Source: Holophagales bacterium (GTDB taxonomy: Bacteria; Acidobacteriota; Thermoanaerobaculia; Multivoradales; Multivoraceae). Taken from it: 64,000 bases of DNA. The DNA lies in NCBI GenBank assembly GCA_009837885.1, contig VXSP01000045.1, positions 325,526 through 389,525 on the forward strand, read 5' to 3'. The notes beneath the pieces were generated by a model, which worked only from the letters and a program-made list of their open reading frames with translations, did no database searches and was not told the DNA's origin. The position numbers were made by a program, and so were the translations under genes. This document shows positions 9,527 through 17,489 of this stretch, piece after piece; within the stretch, counting starts at the first letter, position 1; the number at the start of each line of letters is the position of its first letter.

Positions 9527-10117
9527 ATGGACTACGTGGCGGTCTTCGTGGATGCTGGCTACCTGTTCGCCCAGGGCTCGCAGGTCCTTACCGGCACGAA
9601 GCTCCAACGTGGCGAGATGCGGCTCAACGTGGACGGCGCGGTGCGGGCGCTGACAGACCTCGCCGTTCGGGCTTCTCGCGAACTTCGGCTCCTCAGGATC
9701 TACTGGTACGACGGCACCTCGGGGGAGCCATCTCACCAGCACCGCACCCTCGCCCGACACGCTCACATCAAGGTGAGACTCGGCATCGTGAACAGGCAGG
9801 GCCAGCAGAAGGGCGTGGACTCACTCTTGGTGACGGACATGATCACGCTGGCACGGAACCGGGCGATGGCAGAGTGCGTTCTGCTCTCCGGTGACGAGGA
9901 CGCGACCAGGTTCAGGACTTCGAGGCGCTCGGCATCGAAGAACAGGTTCTCGTACACGGAAACCAAGCCAGCCGCAACGACCCACTCGTCCTCAAGCGCC
10001 TGGAGCACCTCGCTTCGTTTCGTCAGGCGGTCGGCAGCCTCCTTGACCTCCTCCAGGAGCCCTTCCTCCAGGGTCTCGGTCTCCGGCGACGGGCCGTGGT
10101 CCGTCTCAGTCATTTAG
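9527..10117 (+). CDS. NYN/LabA-like domain protein; sequence after ~9903 does not look like NYN (possibly disrupted)
   Basis: ATG 9527 follows GGAGAGGG. Residues MDYVAVFVDAGYLF...YWYDG...KGVDSLLVTDMITLA...CVLLSGDED match the NYN (PF01936-type) pattern up to the SGDxD motif. The remaining ~70 codons are low-complexity R/S-rich sequence that overlaps a better-looking minus-strand ORF. Confidence 0.5.
   Translation: MDYVAVFVDAGYLFAQGSQVLTGTKLQRGEMRLNVDGAVRALTDLAVRASRELRLLRIYWYDGTSGEPSHQHRTLARHAHIKVRLGIVNRQGQQKGVDSLLVTDMITLARNRAMAECVLLSGDEDATRFRTSRRSASKNRFSYTETKPAATTHSSSSAWSTSLRFVRRSAASLTSSRSPSSRVSVSGDGPWSVSVI
9763..10113 (-). CDS. Hypothetical acidic protein; only 9903..10113 looks coding
   Basis: MTETDHGPSPETETLEEGLLEEVKEAADRLTKRSEVLQALEDEWVVAAGLVSVYENLFFDAERLEVLNLVA has high third-position GC. 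Below ~9903 the frame runs antisense into the NYN gene and looks non-coding. Confidence 0.3.
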   Translation of the reverse strand: MTETDHGPSPETETLEEGLLEEVKEAADRLTKRSEVLQALEDEWVVAAGLVSVYENLFFDAERLEVLNLVASSSPESRTHSAIARFRASVIMSVTKSESTPFCWPCLFTMPSLTLM

Positions 10118-10176
10118 CGGCAGAGAGCCTACCCTTCGAGGGTGCTCGCCCTGGCAGGTCGGACAGCTCTCGCGGC

Positions 10177-10425
10177 TTACTGCCGAAGTTGGGGCAGTGA
10201 GCCTTCGGCGCAGGCCTCGATCTGGAAGCGTCGGATCAACGCCTTGACGAAACGGCGCTGGACTTCACCGCGGCCCGACCGCTGCCGGCTGTGCTGGCCG
10301 CTCGGAAGAAAGGCGCTGCTGGCGTCGTAGGTGACGATCCAGTTGTGTTGACCGCGTTTGACGGTGTAACCGGGAGCGCAGACGTCCAGCATGGCGAAGA
10401 CGCTCCGAAGCTGAATCTGCGCCAC
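10177..10425 (-). CDS. HicA-like putative mRNA-interferase toxin (82 aa)
   Basis: GYTVKRGQHNWIVTY....LPSGQH......EVQRRFVKALIRRFQI resembles the HicA/YcfA pattern (G-SH..... P.H....... l+.il+q.gi). It starts 3 nt after the stop of the upstream 162-aa gene. Confidence 0.4.
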   Translation of the reverse strand: MAQIQLRSVFAMLDVCAPGYTVKRGQHNWIVTYDASSAFLPSGQHSRQRSGRGEVQRRFVKALIRRFQIEACAEGSLPQLRQ

Positions 10426-10428
10426 GAA

Positions 10429-10917
10429 TCAGGCGGCTTCGGGCAGTCCGGCGAGGACCAGTTCGGATGGCTTGGGGTTGTTGGCGGGTCCGGTCTCGAC
10501 GAACAACGTGACGCTATGGCGAAGGGCGGGATTCGGTCGCACCGGGAGTTCGGACTGGACCTGGCCGGCTGCGACCTTCTCTCGCGCCGCGTCGAACGCG
10601 TGAGCGGCCCATGCGTCCGTGTCCTTGAAGAACCTGGAGACCTTCCGCTCGAACACGTCGAAGTCGGGCGCGTCCGCCGCGATGTCGTACAGCGCGAGTT
10701 CCGTGTTCGCCTTCAGGTCGAGGTAGGCCTCGATCAGGGTGTCGCCCACGCCGGCGACGCCGCCCGGCTTCAGGCCGTGCGCGAGGAAGCCGTCCTCCTC
10801 TTCGGTGACCACGGCGCCCCCACGAAACTCGACTCCGGCGGCGAAGCCCGGGCCTTGTACGGGGATCTGCAATCGGAACACGATCGGGTAGACCGTGTCC
10901 GGCATGGGATCGATCAT
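10429..10917 (-). CDS. HicB-like (UPF0150-type) putative antitoxin / hypothetical protein
   Basis: 162 aa. The segment FLAHGLKPGGVAGVGDTLIEAYLDLKANTELALYDIA resembles the HicB N-terminal fold motif (pG..a.G.T.eEA..n..ea..). GAGGGAG lies upstream of the ATG. Confidence 0.35.
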   Translation of the reverse strand: MIDPMPDTVYPIVFRLQIPVQGPGFAAGVEFRGGAVVTEEEDGFLAHGLKPGGVAGVGDTLIEAYLDLKANTELALYDIAADAPDFDVFERKVSRFFKDTDAWAAHAFDAAREKVAAGQVQSELPVRPNPALRHSVTLFVETGPANNPKPSELVLAGLPEAA

Positions 10918-10958
10918 GTCGGTCTCCCTCTTCGACGTGGGAGGCGGGAAGGTTTGGA

Positions 10959-11054
10959 TCAGCGGCTTGACCGGCCGGCAGCCGGGTGCTGGAAGGCGAT
11001 GAGTATACCGAGGAGTCCGAGCGGGATCACCGCTCCCGGCGCCAGGGTCGGCAT
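10959..11054 (-). CDS. Possible 31-aa hydrophobic peptide downstream of the quinohemoprotein gene
   Basis: Not in the ORF track (too short). GGGAGG-cgcc-ATG, then MPTLAPGAVIPLGLLGILIAFQHPAAGRSSR-stop. One predicted TM helix. Confidence 0.2.
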   Translation of the reverse strand: MPTLAPGAVIPLGLLGILIAFQHPAAGRSSR

Positions 11055-11081
11055 GGCGCCTCCCACGTTGGCGGCTTTCGA

Positions 11082-13229
11082 CTACGGGGCCGCCGCGGCC
11101 TGCTCGTCCGCGAGCATGTTGCGGCGGTGGAGGACGTAGGCCTTGAGCAGGGCGACATCGTCGCGGTCGAGGACGGGGTCGAAGCTGGGCATGCCGACAT
11201 CGACGAGTGCGCCTTCAAGCAGCGCTGCTTCGTAGGAGTCGAAGACGCGCTGTGACGATTGCCGCAGGTCGGGCGTGACGCCGCCGGAGACCGCGCCGTA
11301 GCCGTGGCAGACGAGGCAGTACTGGTTGAACAGCCGGCGCCCGGCATCGATGTCCTCCGCCTCTGCGCCATGGTCCACGCGGGTGACCCGGATCTCGCGG
11401 CGCTCCTGCCGCTCGATCGGCCGGCCGGTGGCGCCGAGGGCGTAGACGACGATCCGGCCTTCGGACTCGACTGCCTGCCGGGCGGAGCGGCTGCCGACGA
11501 TGCCGAAGGCGCCGCCCCAGCCGGACATGACGGCGATGTGCTGGGTGCCGCCGGACTCGAAGGTGATCGGCGGCGCGATGACGCCGCTGCCGGTGTAGCT
11601 CTCCCAGAGCTTCTCGCCGTCATCGGCTCGATACGCGGTCAACTGGCCGAAAGGCGTACCCTGAAAGACGAGGTTGCCGGCCGTGGCAAGCACGCCGCCC
11701 GACCAGGGCATCGTGTACTGCGCCCGCCAGGCCTCCCGCTGGGCGACGGGATCCCAGGCCAGCAGGTGGCCCGAGAGCAGGGCCGGCGGCGCGTCCTCGG
11801 CCAGCATCTGGCCCGAGAGGCCGGTGGCGTCGACGATTGCCTGGGGGATGTCCTCGGGAGCCGCGGCGCGGACACCCAGGTTCCATTGTCCGGGGGTGTA
11901 CTGGTAGTTCGGGTCCGGAACGTAGAAGTTCCCCATCTCCATCGCCGGGATGTAGACGAGGCCGGTCTTCGGACTGAACGCCATCGGATGCCAGTTGTGG
12001 CCGCCGAGTGGGCCCGGCGAGACGTTCACGGTCTGGTCGGTGTAGCGCGCCCCGGCGAGTTCGACGGGCCGGCCGCTGGCCAGATCGACATGGCTGGCCC
12101 AGGTGACGGTGACGAACTCCTCGGCCGAGATCAGTTCGCCGGTGCGGCGGTCGAGGACGTAGAAGAAGCCGTTCTTCGGCGCCTGCATCAGGACCTGGCG
12201 GACGCGGCCGCCGATCGGTAACTCGGCGAGCATGATCGGCTGGGTGGCGGTGTAGTCCCAGGTGTCGCCGGGCGTGGTCTGGTAGTGCCAGACGTACTCG
12301 CCGGTGTCGGGCTTAAGCGCCACGATGGACGACAGGAACAGGTTGTCGCCGCCGCCGGGGCTGCGCAGGTTGCGGTCCCAGGGCGCGCCGTTGCCGACGC
12401 CGATGTAGAGCAGATCGAGTTCCGGGTCGTAGACGATCGAGTCCCAGACCGTGCCGCCGCCGCCGCCGGTCCACCACTCGCCGGTCCAGGTCTCGGCGGC
12501 CATCCGCATCGCCTCGTTCTCGAAGCCGTCGGCCGGGTCCCCCGGCACGGTGTAGAAGCGCCAGGCTCGCTCGCCGGTTTCCGCGTCGTAGGCGTCGACG
12601 TAGCCGCGCACGCCGTACTCGGCGCCGCTGTTGCCGATGATCACCTTGCCCTTGGCGATCCGGGGCGCGCCGGTGATCGTGTACATCGAGTCCTCGGGCA
12701 CGGTCATCGTCGACCAGGCGAGTTCTCCGGTCTCGGCGTCGATGGCGATCAGCCGTCCGTCGAGCGTGGCGGAGATCACCTTGCCGCGGTAGAGGGCGGC
12801 GCCGCGGTTCACCGCGTCGCAGCAGGTCTTGTTCGCGATCGAACGCGGAACCTCCGGGTCGTAGGTCCACAGCGGTTCGCCAGTCACCGCGTCGAGGGCG
12901 TAGATGACGTTCCAGGCGCCGGTCGCGTACATCACGCCGTCGACGATCAGGGGCGTGGCCTCGAGACCCCGCTTCGTGTTCGTCTCCTGGACCCAGGCGA
13001 TGCCGAGCTGATCCACGTTGCCATCGTTGATCTGGTCCAGCACGCTGTAGCGCTGCTCCTTGTAGGTGCCGCCGTAGGTCAGCCAGTCGGCGGTGCGGCC
13101 GGCGGCGCCGACCAGCGCGGCGTCGTCGACTCCGTATGCGGCCTCGGCCCGCCGCGGCGGCGGTTGGGAGGCCGCGGCAGTGGCCAGCAGGAGCGCCACG
13201 AGCGTGGCGATCGGAGTGTGGATCTTCAT
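11082..13229 (-). CDS. Quinohemoprotein alcohol dehydrogenase (PQQ beta-propeller + C-terminal cytochrome c)
   Basis: Start re-placed at ATG 13229 (MKIHTPIATLVALLLATAAA signal), in an ATGA overlap with the upstream gene. PQQ-ADH hallmarks: WLTYGGTYKEQRYS and the vicinal CC in KTCCDAVNRG. C-terminal haem site CLVCHG. Confidence 0.9.
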   Translation of the reverse strand: MKIHTPIATLVALLLATAAASQPPPRRAEAAYGVDDAALVGAAGRTADWLTYGGTYKEQRYSVLDQINDGNVDQLGIAWVQETNTKRGLEATPLIVDGVMYATGAWNVIYALDAVTGEPLWTYDPEVPRSIANKTCCDAVNRGAALYRGKVISATLDGRLIAIDAETGELAWSTMTVPEDSMYTITGAPRIAKGKVIIGNSGAEYGVRGYVDAYDAETGERAWRFYTVPGDPADGFENEAMRMAAETWTGEWWTGGGGGTVWDSIVYDPELDLLYIGVGNGAPWDRNLRSPGGGDNLFLSSIVALKPDTGEYVWHYQTTPGDTWDYTATQPIMLAELPIGGRVRQVLMQAPKNGFFYVLDRRTGELISAEEFVTVTWASHVDLASGRPVELAGARYTDQTVNVSPGPLGGHNWHPMAFSPKTGLVYIPAMEMGNFYVPDPNYQYTPGQWNLGVRAAAPEDIPQAIVDATGLSGQMLAEDAPPALLSGHLLAWDPVAQREAWRAQYTMPWSGGVLATAGNLVFQGTPFGQLTAYRADDGEKLWESYTGSGVIAPPITFESGGTQHIAVMSGWGGAFGIVGSRSARQAVESEGRIVVYALGATGRPIERQERREIRVTRVDHGAEAEDIDAGRRLFNQYCLVCHGYGAVSGGVTPDLRQSSQRVFDSYEAALLEGALVDVGMPSFDPVLDRDDVALLKAYVLHRRNMLADEQAAAAP

Positions 13230-15217
13230 GACTTCGGTTCCTCTAAGGCTGCAGGCAGGGCAAGCGCGACGAGTTCGGGGGGCGTGCCGCCGCCGCCGAT
13301 GCCGAAGCGGCCGCCGCCGGTGGCGACGGCCAGGTACTGCCGGCCGTCGTGTTCGTAGATGATGGGGTTCGAGTTCGGGGTGCCCGGTAACTCGATTCCA
13401 CCGAGGTACTCGCCGGTCTTCTTGTCGTAGACGCTGATCTCCGGCGGCACGTCGGGTTCGTCGGCCTCGGGATCGGCGGTGCGTTCCGGGGCGGCCGTGA
13501 CGAAGAGCAGGGTGGGCGTGACCAGGGGAGCCGCGGTGTGATTGGCGACCCCGAGCCGTCCGAGTTCGAGGTCGGCGATGGCTGGATGGTTCACCGGACC
13601 GACGCCGTGCGGGACCATCCACAGGTGCTCGCCGGTGTTCAGATCGATCGCCGTGATTCGCCCGTATGGTGGCTTGACCAGGGGCAATCCACGGGGTCCC
13701 TCGACGGTCCGGTACCAACGATCCGGCACGAAGTTCAGGTCGGAGCGGTTCGGATCGGGCCTGGTCAGGGAGACGCTGGCCGAACGGGTGTGGGAGACGA
13801 CGTAGAGGATTCCGGTTTCGGGATCGACCGCGGCGCCGGTCCAGTTCGCGCCGCCGCCGTCGGCCGGCAACTGGATCGTCGGCTTTCCCGCCTCCTCGAA
13901 GCGCGGCGGCGTATAGAGCGGCACCAGGTCGTAGTCGGCTGCGATCTCGATCGCCTCGGCGCGGAGTTCGGGAGTCCAGTCGATCAGGTCGTCTTCGGTG
14001 ATGCCCTGGCGATCGAAGGCGGCCGGCCGGGTGGGGAAGGGCTGGGTTGGCGCGGCACGCTCGCCCGGCACGTCGCTTGGCGGCACCTCGCGTTCCTCGA
14101 TCTCCCACACCGGCTTGCCGGTCACACGGTCGAAGACGAAGGCGAAGGCCTGCTTGGTGACCTGGACCACGCCGCGCACCCGCTCGCCCTCCACCGTCGC
14201 CTCGAACAGGTTGGGGGCGGTCGGCGGGTCGTAGTCCCAGAGGCCGTGGTGGACGAACTGGTAGTGCCACTGGCGCTGGCCCGTTTCGCAGTCGACCGCG
14301 ACGATGCTCTCGGCGTAGAGGTTGTCACCGAGCCGGTGGCCGCCGTAGAGATCGTTGGTCGGCGTGCCGACCGGCAGATAGGCGGTGCCGGTCTCCTCGT
14401 CGACCGCGATCATGGACCAGACGTTCGTGTTACCGCTGTAGCGCCACGACTCGTCCTCCCAGGTTTCGACGCCGAGTTCGTCGTTCTGCGGGATGGTGTG
14501 GAAGACCCAGGCGAGATCGCCGGTCGGGATGTCATAGGCGCGCACGAACCCGGGCGGCGCTTCCTTGTGGGTGGCGAAGTCCGCCACGATCGAGCCAACG
14601 ATCACGGTGTTGCCGCAGACTGCCGGCGGCGAACTGTGCGTCGTCAGGCGCTCCATCACCTCGCGACCCAGGTGCGGCGTCATCTCGACCGCGCCGCCGT
14701 TGCCGAAGTCCGGATCAGGCTCTCCGGTTGCGGCGTCCAGGGAGATCAGCCGCCGGTCGTGGGTGGGGATCAGCACCCGCTCCTGCTGGCCGTCCGTCCA
14801 CCAGGCGACTCCGCGGTGGTGGAAGCCGAGGTTGGCCGGCCGGCCGGCGCGCCAGCTTTCCGGGTCGTAGGCCCAGAGCGTCTCGCCCGTCCCGGCGTCG
14901 ATCGCGGCGACCTGGCTGAGCGAGGTAGCGACGAAGATCCGGCCGCCGACCTCGAGCGGAATCGCCTTGAACTGGCCTCGTCGCACGCTGCTCGGGACTT
15001 CGGTGTCCGCGGCGATCGAGCGCCAGCGCCAGACGACCTCCACGTCCTGGAAGTTGGAGCGGTCGATCTCGTCGAGCGTCGAGTACTTGCTGTTGCCGGG
15101 ATCGCCACCGAAAGCCGGCCAGTCGCCGGAGGTTCCGGCCTGGGCCGTGAGCGGCGAACTCGCGAGTGAGCTGGCGAGCGCCGCGAGAGCGACGGCGAGG
15201 CTGGAATGGGTACTCAG
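13226..15217 (-). CDS. PQQ-dependent dehydrogenase (beta-propeller, no vicinal Cys pair)
   Basis: GDWPAFGGDPGNSKYSTLDEI, HHRGVAWW and repeated propeller W-motifs. No ATG, GTG or TTG lies between the upstream stop and the mature domain. The proposed start is CTG 15217 in a CTGA overlap, giving (M)STHSSLAVALAALASSLASSPLTAQA as signal peptide. Confidence 0.75.
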   Translation of the reverse strand: MSTHSSLAVALAALASSLASSPLTAQAGTSGDWPAFGGDPGNSKYSTLDEIDRSNFQDVEVVWRWRSIAADTEVPSSVRRGQFKAIPLEVGGRIFVATSLSQVAAIDAGTGETLWAYDPESWRAGRPANLGFHHRGVAWWTDGQQERVLIPTHDRRLISLDAATGEPDPDFGNGGAVEMTPHLGREVMERLTTHSSPPAVCGNTVIVGSIVADFATHKEAPPGFVRAYDIPTGDLAWVFHTIPQNDELGVETWEDESWRYSGNTNVWSMIAVDEETGTAYLPVGTPTNDLYGGHRLGDNLYAESIVAVDCETGQRQWHYQFVHHGLWDYDPPTAPNLFEATVEGERVRGVVQVTKQAFAFVFDRVTGKPVWEIEEREVPPSDVPGERAAPTQPFPTRPAAFDRQGITEDDLIDWTPELRAEAIEIAADYDLVPLYTPPRFEEAGKPTIQLPADGGGANWTGAAVDPETGILYVVSHTRSASVSLTRPDPNRSDLNFVPDRWYRTVEGPRGLPLVKPPYGRITAIDLNTGEHLWMVPHGVGPVNHPAIADLELGRLGVANHTAAPLVTPTLLFVTAAPERTADPEADEPDVPPEISVYDKKTGEYLGGIELPGTPNSNPIIYEHDGRQYLAVATGGGRFGIGGGGTPPELVALALPAALEEPKS

Positions 15218-15687
15218 GACAGCAGCCCGATCAGGCGGGCGTAGACCGAAACGCTGGTCCAGATGCCGATCGAGAGAAAGCCGACCACCTTGGGCCAGTG
15301 TCCGAGCGTTCCTTCCTCGGCGAAGGCGACCCGGCGGCGGATCGTGAAGTTGAAGAGCAGCCCGATGACGATGATCTGAATCTTCCACCAGAAGAACGGG
15401 CTGTAGTACTGCTTGAGCGCCGTGGACAGGACCTGGGGCGCGCCGGTCACGAACAGGGCGACGAAGCTCCAGATCATCCACCGGTCCATCTCTCGGGCGA
15501 GCTGGTTGAGAGGCGTCTTGATCAGGCCGCGTCCAAGCAGGCGCATGTCGACGACCAGGACGGCGCCGGCGAAGCCGACCAGCGCCACCAGGTGAGCGCA
15601 CTGGATGATCGGCGACGCCCAGGTCTCCTCCAGCATCCAGGCGCTGAAGGGCAGGCCCTGCATCCACTCGAAGAAGGACTGCAACAT
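15214..15687 (-). CDS. 4-TM membrane protein of unknown function (paralog of 15712..16236)
   Basis: 157 aa, hydrophobic. Shares FEW(M/V)..LP.S....E......I...H.......G......DMRL(L/I)G with the neighbouring gene. Confidence 0.7.
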   Translation of the reverse strand: MLQSFFEWMQGLPFSAWMLEETWASPIIQCAHLVALVGFAGAVLVVDMRLLGRGLIKTPLNQLAREMDRWMIWSFVALFVTGAPQVLSTALKQYYSPFFWWKIQIIVIGLLFNFTIRRRVAFAEEGTLGHWPKVVGFLSIGIWTSVSVYARLIGLLS

Positions 15688-15711
15688 GTGGACGTTTCCT
15701 CCGCGGCCTCT

Positions 15712-16236
15712 TCAGGCGCCGATGTTCAGGTTGTTCCACCAGCCGGGCATCAGGCCGCTGTAGGCCATCATCCGTCCGGTGACCACGACCGCCGCCCACA
15801 ACACGAGGGACACGACCCCGGCGAGTCGGGCGTTCAGCGGAATCTCGCGGCCCTGGTCCCACGCCTGGACCGACTTGTAGGTCGCGTAGTGGAACCAGAA
15901 CATGTTGATGCCGGCGACAAGCATCAGCGCCATCTTGGCCCAGAAGTAGAAGTTGCCGTAGTACCGCATCGGCTGGCTGTAAAGCAGCAATGCCCCGGTG
16001 ATCAGGTTGATGCCGTAGCCGGTCAGCGCCCACGGGAAGAGGCGGGTCGGGATGTTCGATACCGGCACCTTCTTGAGCGTGAACCCGATCAGGCGCATGT
16101 CCCAGTACGCGATCAACCCGGCGAACAGGCACATGCTGACGACGTGGATCGTCAGCATGGTCGGGTAGGCGTTCAGCGACTCCCGCAGCGCGATGCTGCT
16201 GGGAAGCGCATCGACCCACTCGAAGAGGCTACGCAT
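15712..16236 (-). CDS. 4-TM membrane protein of unknown function (paralog of 15214..15687)
   Basis: 174 aa, hydrophobic, with the same N-terminal motif as above. Confidence 0.7.
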   Translation of the reverse strand: MRSLFEWVDALPSSIALRESLNAYPTMLTIHVVSMCLFAGLIAYWDMRLIGFTLKKVPVSNIPTRLFPWALTGYGINLITGALLLYSQPMRYYGNFYFWAKMALMLVAGINMFWFHYATYKSVQAWDQGREIPLNARLAGVVSLVLWAAVVVTGRMMAYSGLMPGWWNNLNIGA

Positions 16237-16292
16237 GAGCTATGTAGGGGAGGGTTCAGCGGCTCCCGGCCTGCGCCGGGGCGAATGCGGGC

Positions 16293-16826
16293 TCAGTCGT
16301 CGCAGCGGTCCTGGTACTTGCGGTAGACGAAGTGGCAGTCCTCGCAGGCGCCGGCAAGCTCGTTGGTGAGGTCGCTGACCTTGTCGCGGTCCTTCTCGTG
16401 GGCGGCGGTGTAGATCTTCTTGGCGACCTCGGTGAGCTTGCGCGCATACTCCTGATAGTCGTCTTTCTGGACCGGCGCCGGCTTGCCGTTCTCGCACATC
16501 CGGTCCGGGTTCAGGATCTGCGGTTCGACCTCGGCCAGGGCAAGCGCCGCCTGCTGGGGAACCTGCCAACCCGTGTAGATACTGGCGAAGCGGGCCGAAG
16601 CGGAACCGTCGCCGCTGTCGGACGCTTCGGGCGGCGCCTCCGGATCGTAGGACTGGACATCGAACAGGTGGTTCGAGTTCGGGAACAGGATGGCGCGCAT
16701 CAGTTCGGCCAGGTTGCCTACCGGCTCCTCGTGCTCGGAGGCTGCGACGGACGGCGCCACAATCGCCATACACGCTGCGAGGGCCACCGCGGCGGTGAGA
16801 ATCGGCGCGAGTCTGGTCAGGCGCAT
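16293..16826 (-). CDS. Class II c-type cytochrome (cytochrome c'-like), secreted
   Basis: Start placed at MRLTRLAPILTAAVALAA, after GGAAGGAGAA. A single CxxCH (CEDCH) lies near the C-terminus of a helical ~175-aa protein, the class II cytochrome c layout. Confidence 0.7.
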   Translation of the reverse strand: MRLTRLAPILTAAVALAACMAIVAPSVAASEHEEPVGNLAELMRAILFPNSNHLFDVQSYDPEAPPEASDSGDGSASARFASIYTGWQVPQQAALALAEVEPQILNPDRMCENGKPAPVQKDDYQEYARKLTEVAKKIYTAAHEKDRDKVSDLTNELAGACEDCHFVYRKYQDRCDD

Positions 16827-16965
16827 TGTGCGGTTCTCCTTCCCCCGGAACAAGGGGATTGACGTTGGTTTCGGTTGGCTGGCGGAATCGCGAGCCGGGA
16901 GTGTAACTCAGAAACGGAGGCCTTCACGGGGGAAGCGGGTGCCGCCCGCGACGGCCTGGAGCTGC

Positions 16966-17466
16966 TCAGTCGTCGGACTCTTCTCCGGACGAACCCGTGA
17001 CGGGTTCAGCCATCGTTGTCGTCGCGATCAGCCACTGCATGTCGAGCCCCGCGGTGCGGTGGACCGAGTACTCGGCGACGCGCGGGTCGCCGATGATGCG
17101 GAGGAACTCGGCCCGCGAGGGGTACTCCATCAGGGCGATCGCGTGGAAGTACTCGTCCGTGTCGCCGATCACCATCGAATCGACCCGGCCGGACCAGATC
17201 AGACGGGCGCCCTGAGAGGTGACCCACTGGACCATCTGGGCGCCATACCTGCCGTACGCCTCCTCGCCCGTGAGGCCCTCGTCGGGGGCGTCGGCCTCCT
17301 TCTTGAAGCGCAGCAGGTTGACCATGACGACCGGCTCCTCGGCCGGGCCTTCCATGAGTTCCTGGATCTGTTCGGGTTCGGGTGCGATCTGGGCCATGGC
17401 GCCTCCAGCGGCCAGCAAGGCCACGGAAAAGGTGATGAAGGTAGCGGCGGAAAGGGGGCGGATCAT
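16966..17466 (-). CDS. DUF1330 domain protein with N-terminal signal peptide
   Basis: Start at ATG 17466, after AAAGGAG. MIRPLSAATFITFSVALLAAGGAMAQ is followed by VVMVNLLRFK...YGRYG...EYPS..AF, typical of DUF1330. Confidence 0.7.
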   Translation of the reverse strand: MIRPLSAATFITFSVALLAAGGAMAQIAPEPEQIQELMEGPAEEPVVMVNLLRFKKEADAPDEGLTGEEAYGRYGAQMVQWVTSQGARLIWSGRVDSMVIGDTDEYFHAIALMEYPSRAEFLRIIGDPRVAEYSVHRTAGLDMQWLIATTTMAEPVTGSSGEESDD

Positions 17467-17489
17467 GACAGGCTCCTTTCGAGTGGACG

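Noticed and set aside
13230-14270. 5' extensions of track ORFs (11082..14270, 13226..16219, 16966..18333, 17490..19442, 30342..34574, 37208..41377, 5757..8015, 58436..59776).
   Set aside because: The extensions overlap the upstream recognisable gene for hundreds of nt and translate to junk. Internal starts with an SD and/or a signal peptide give sensible proteins.
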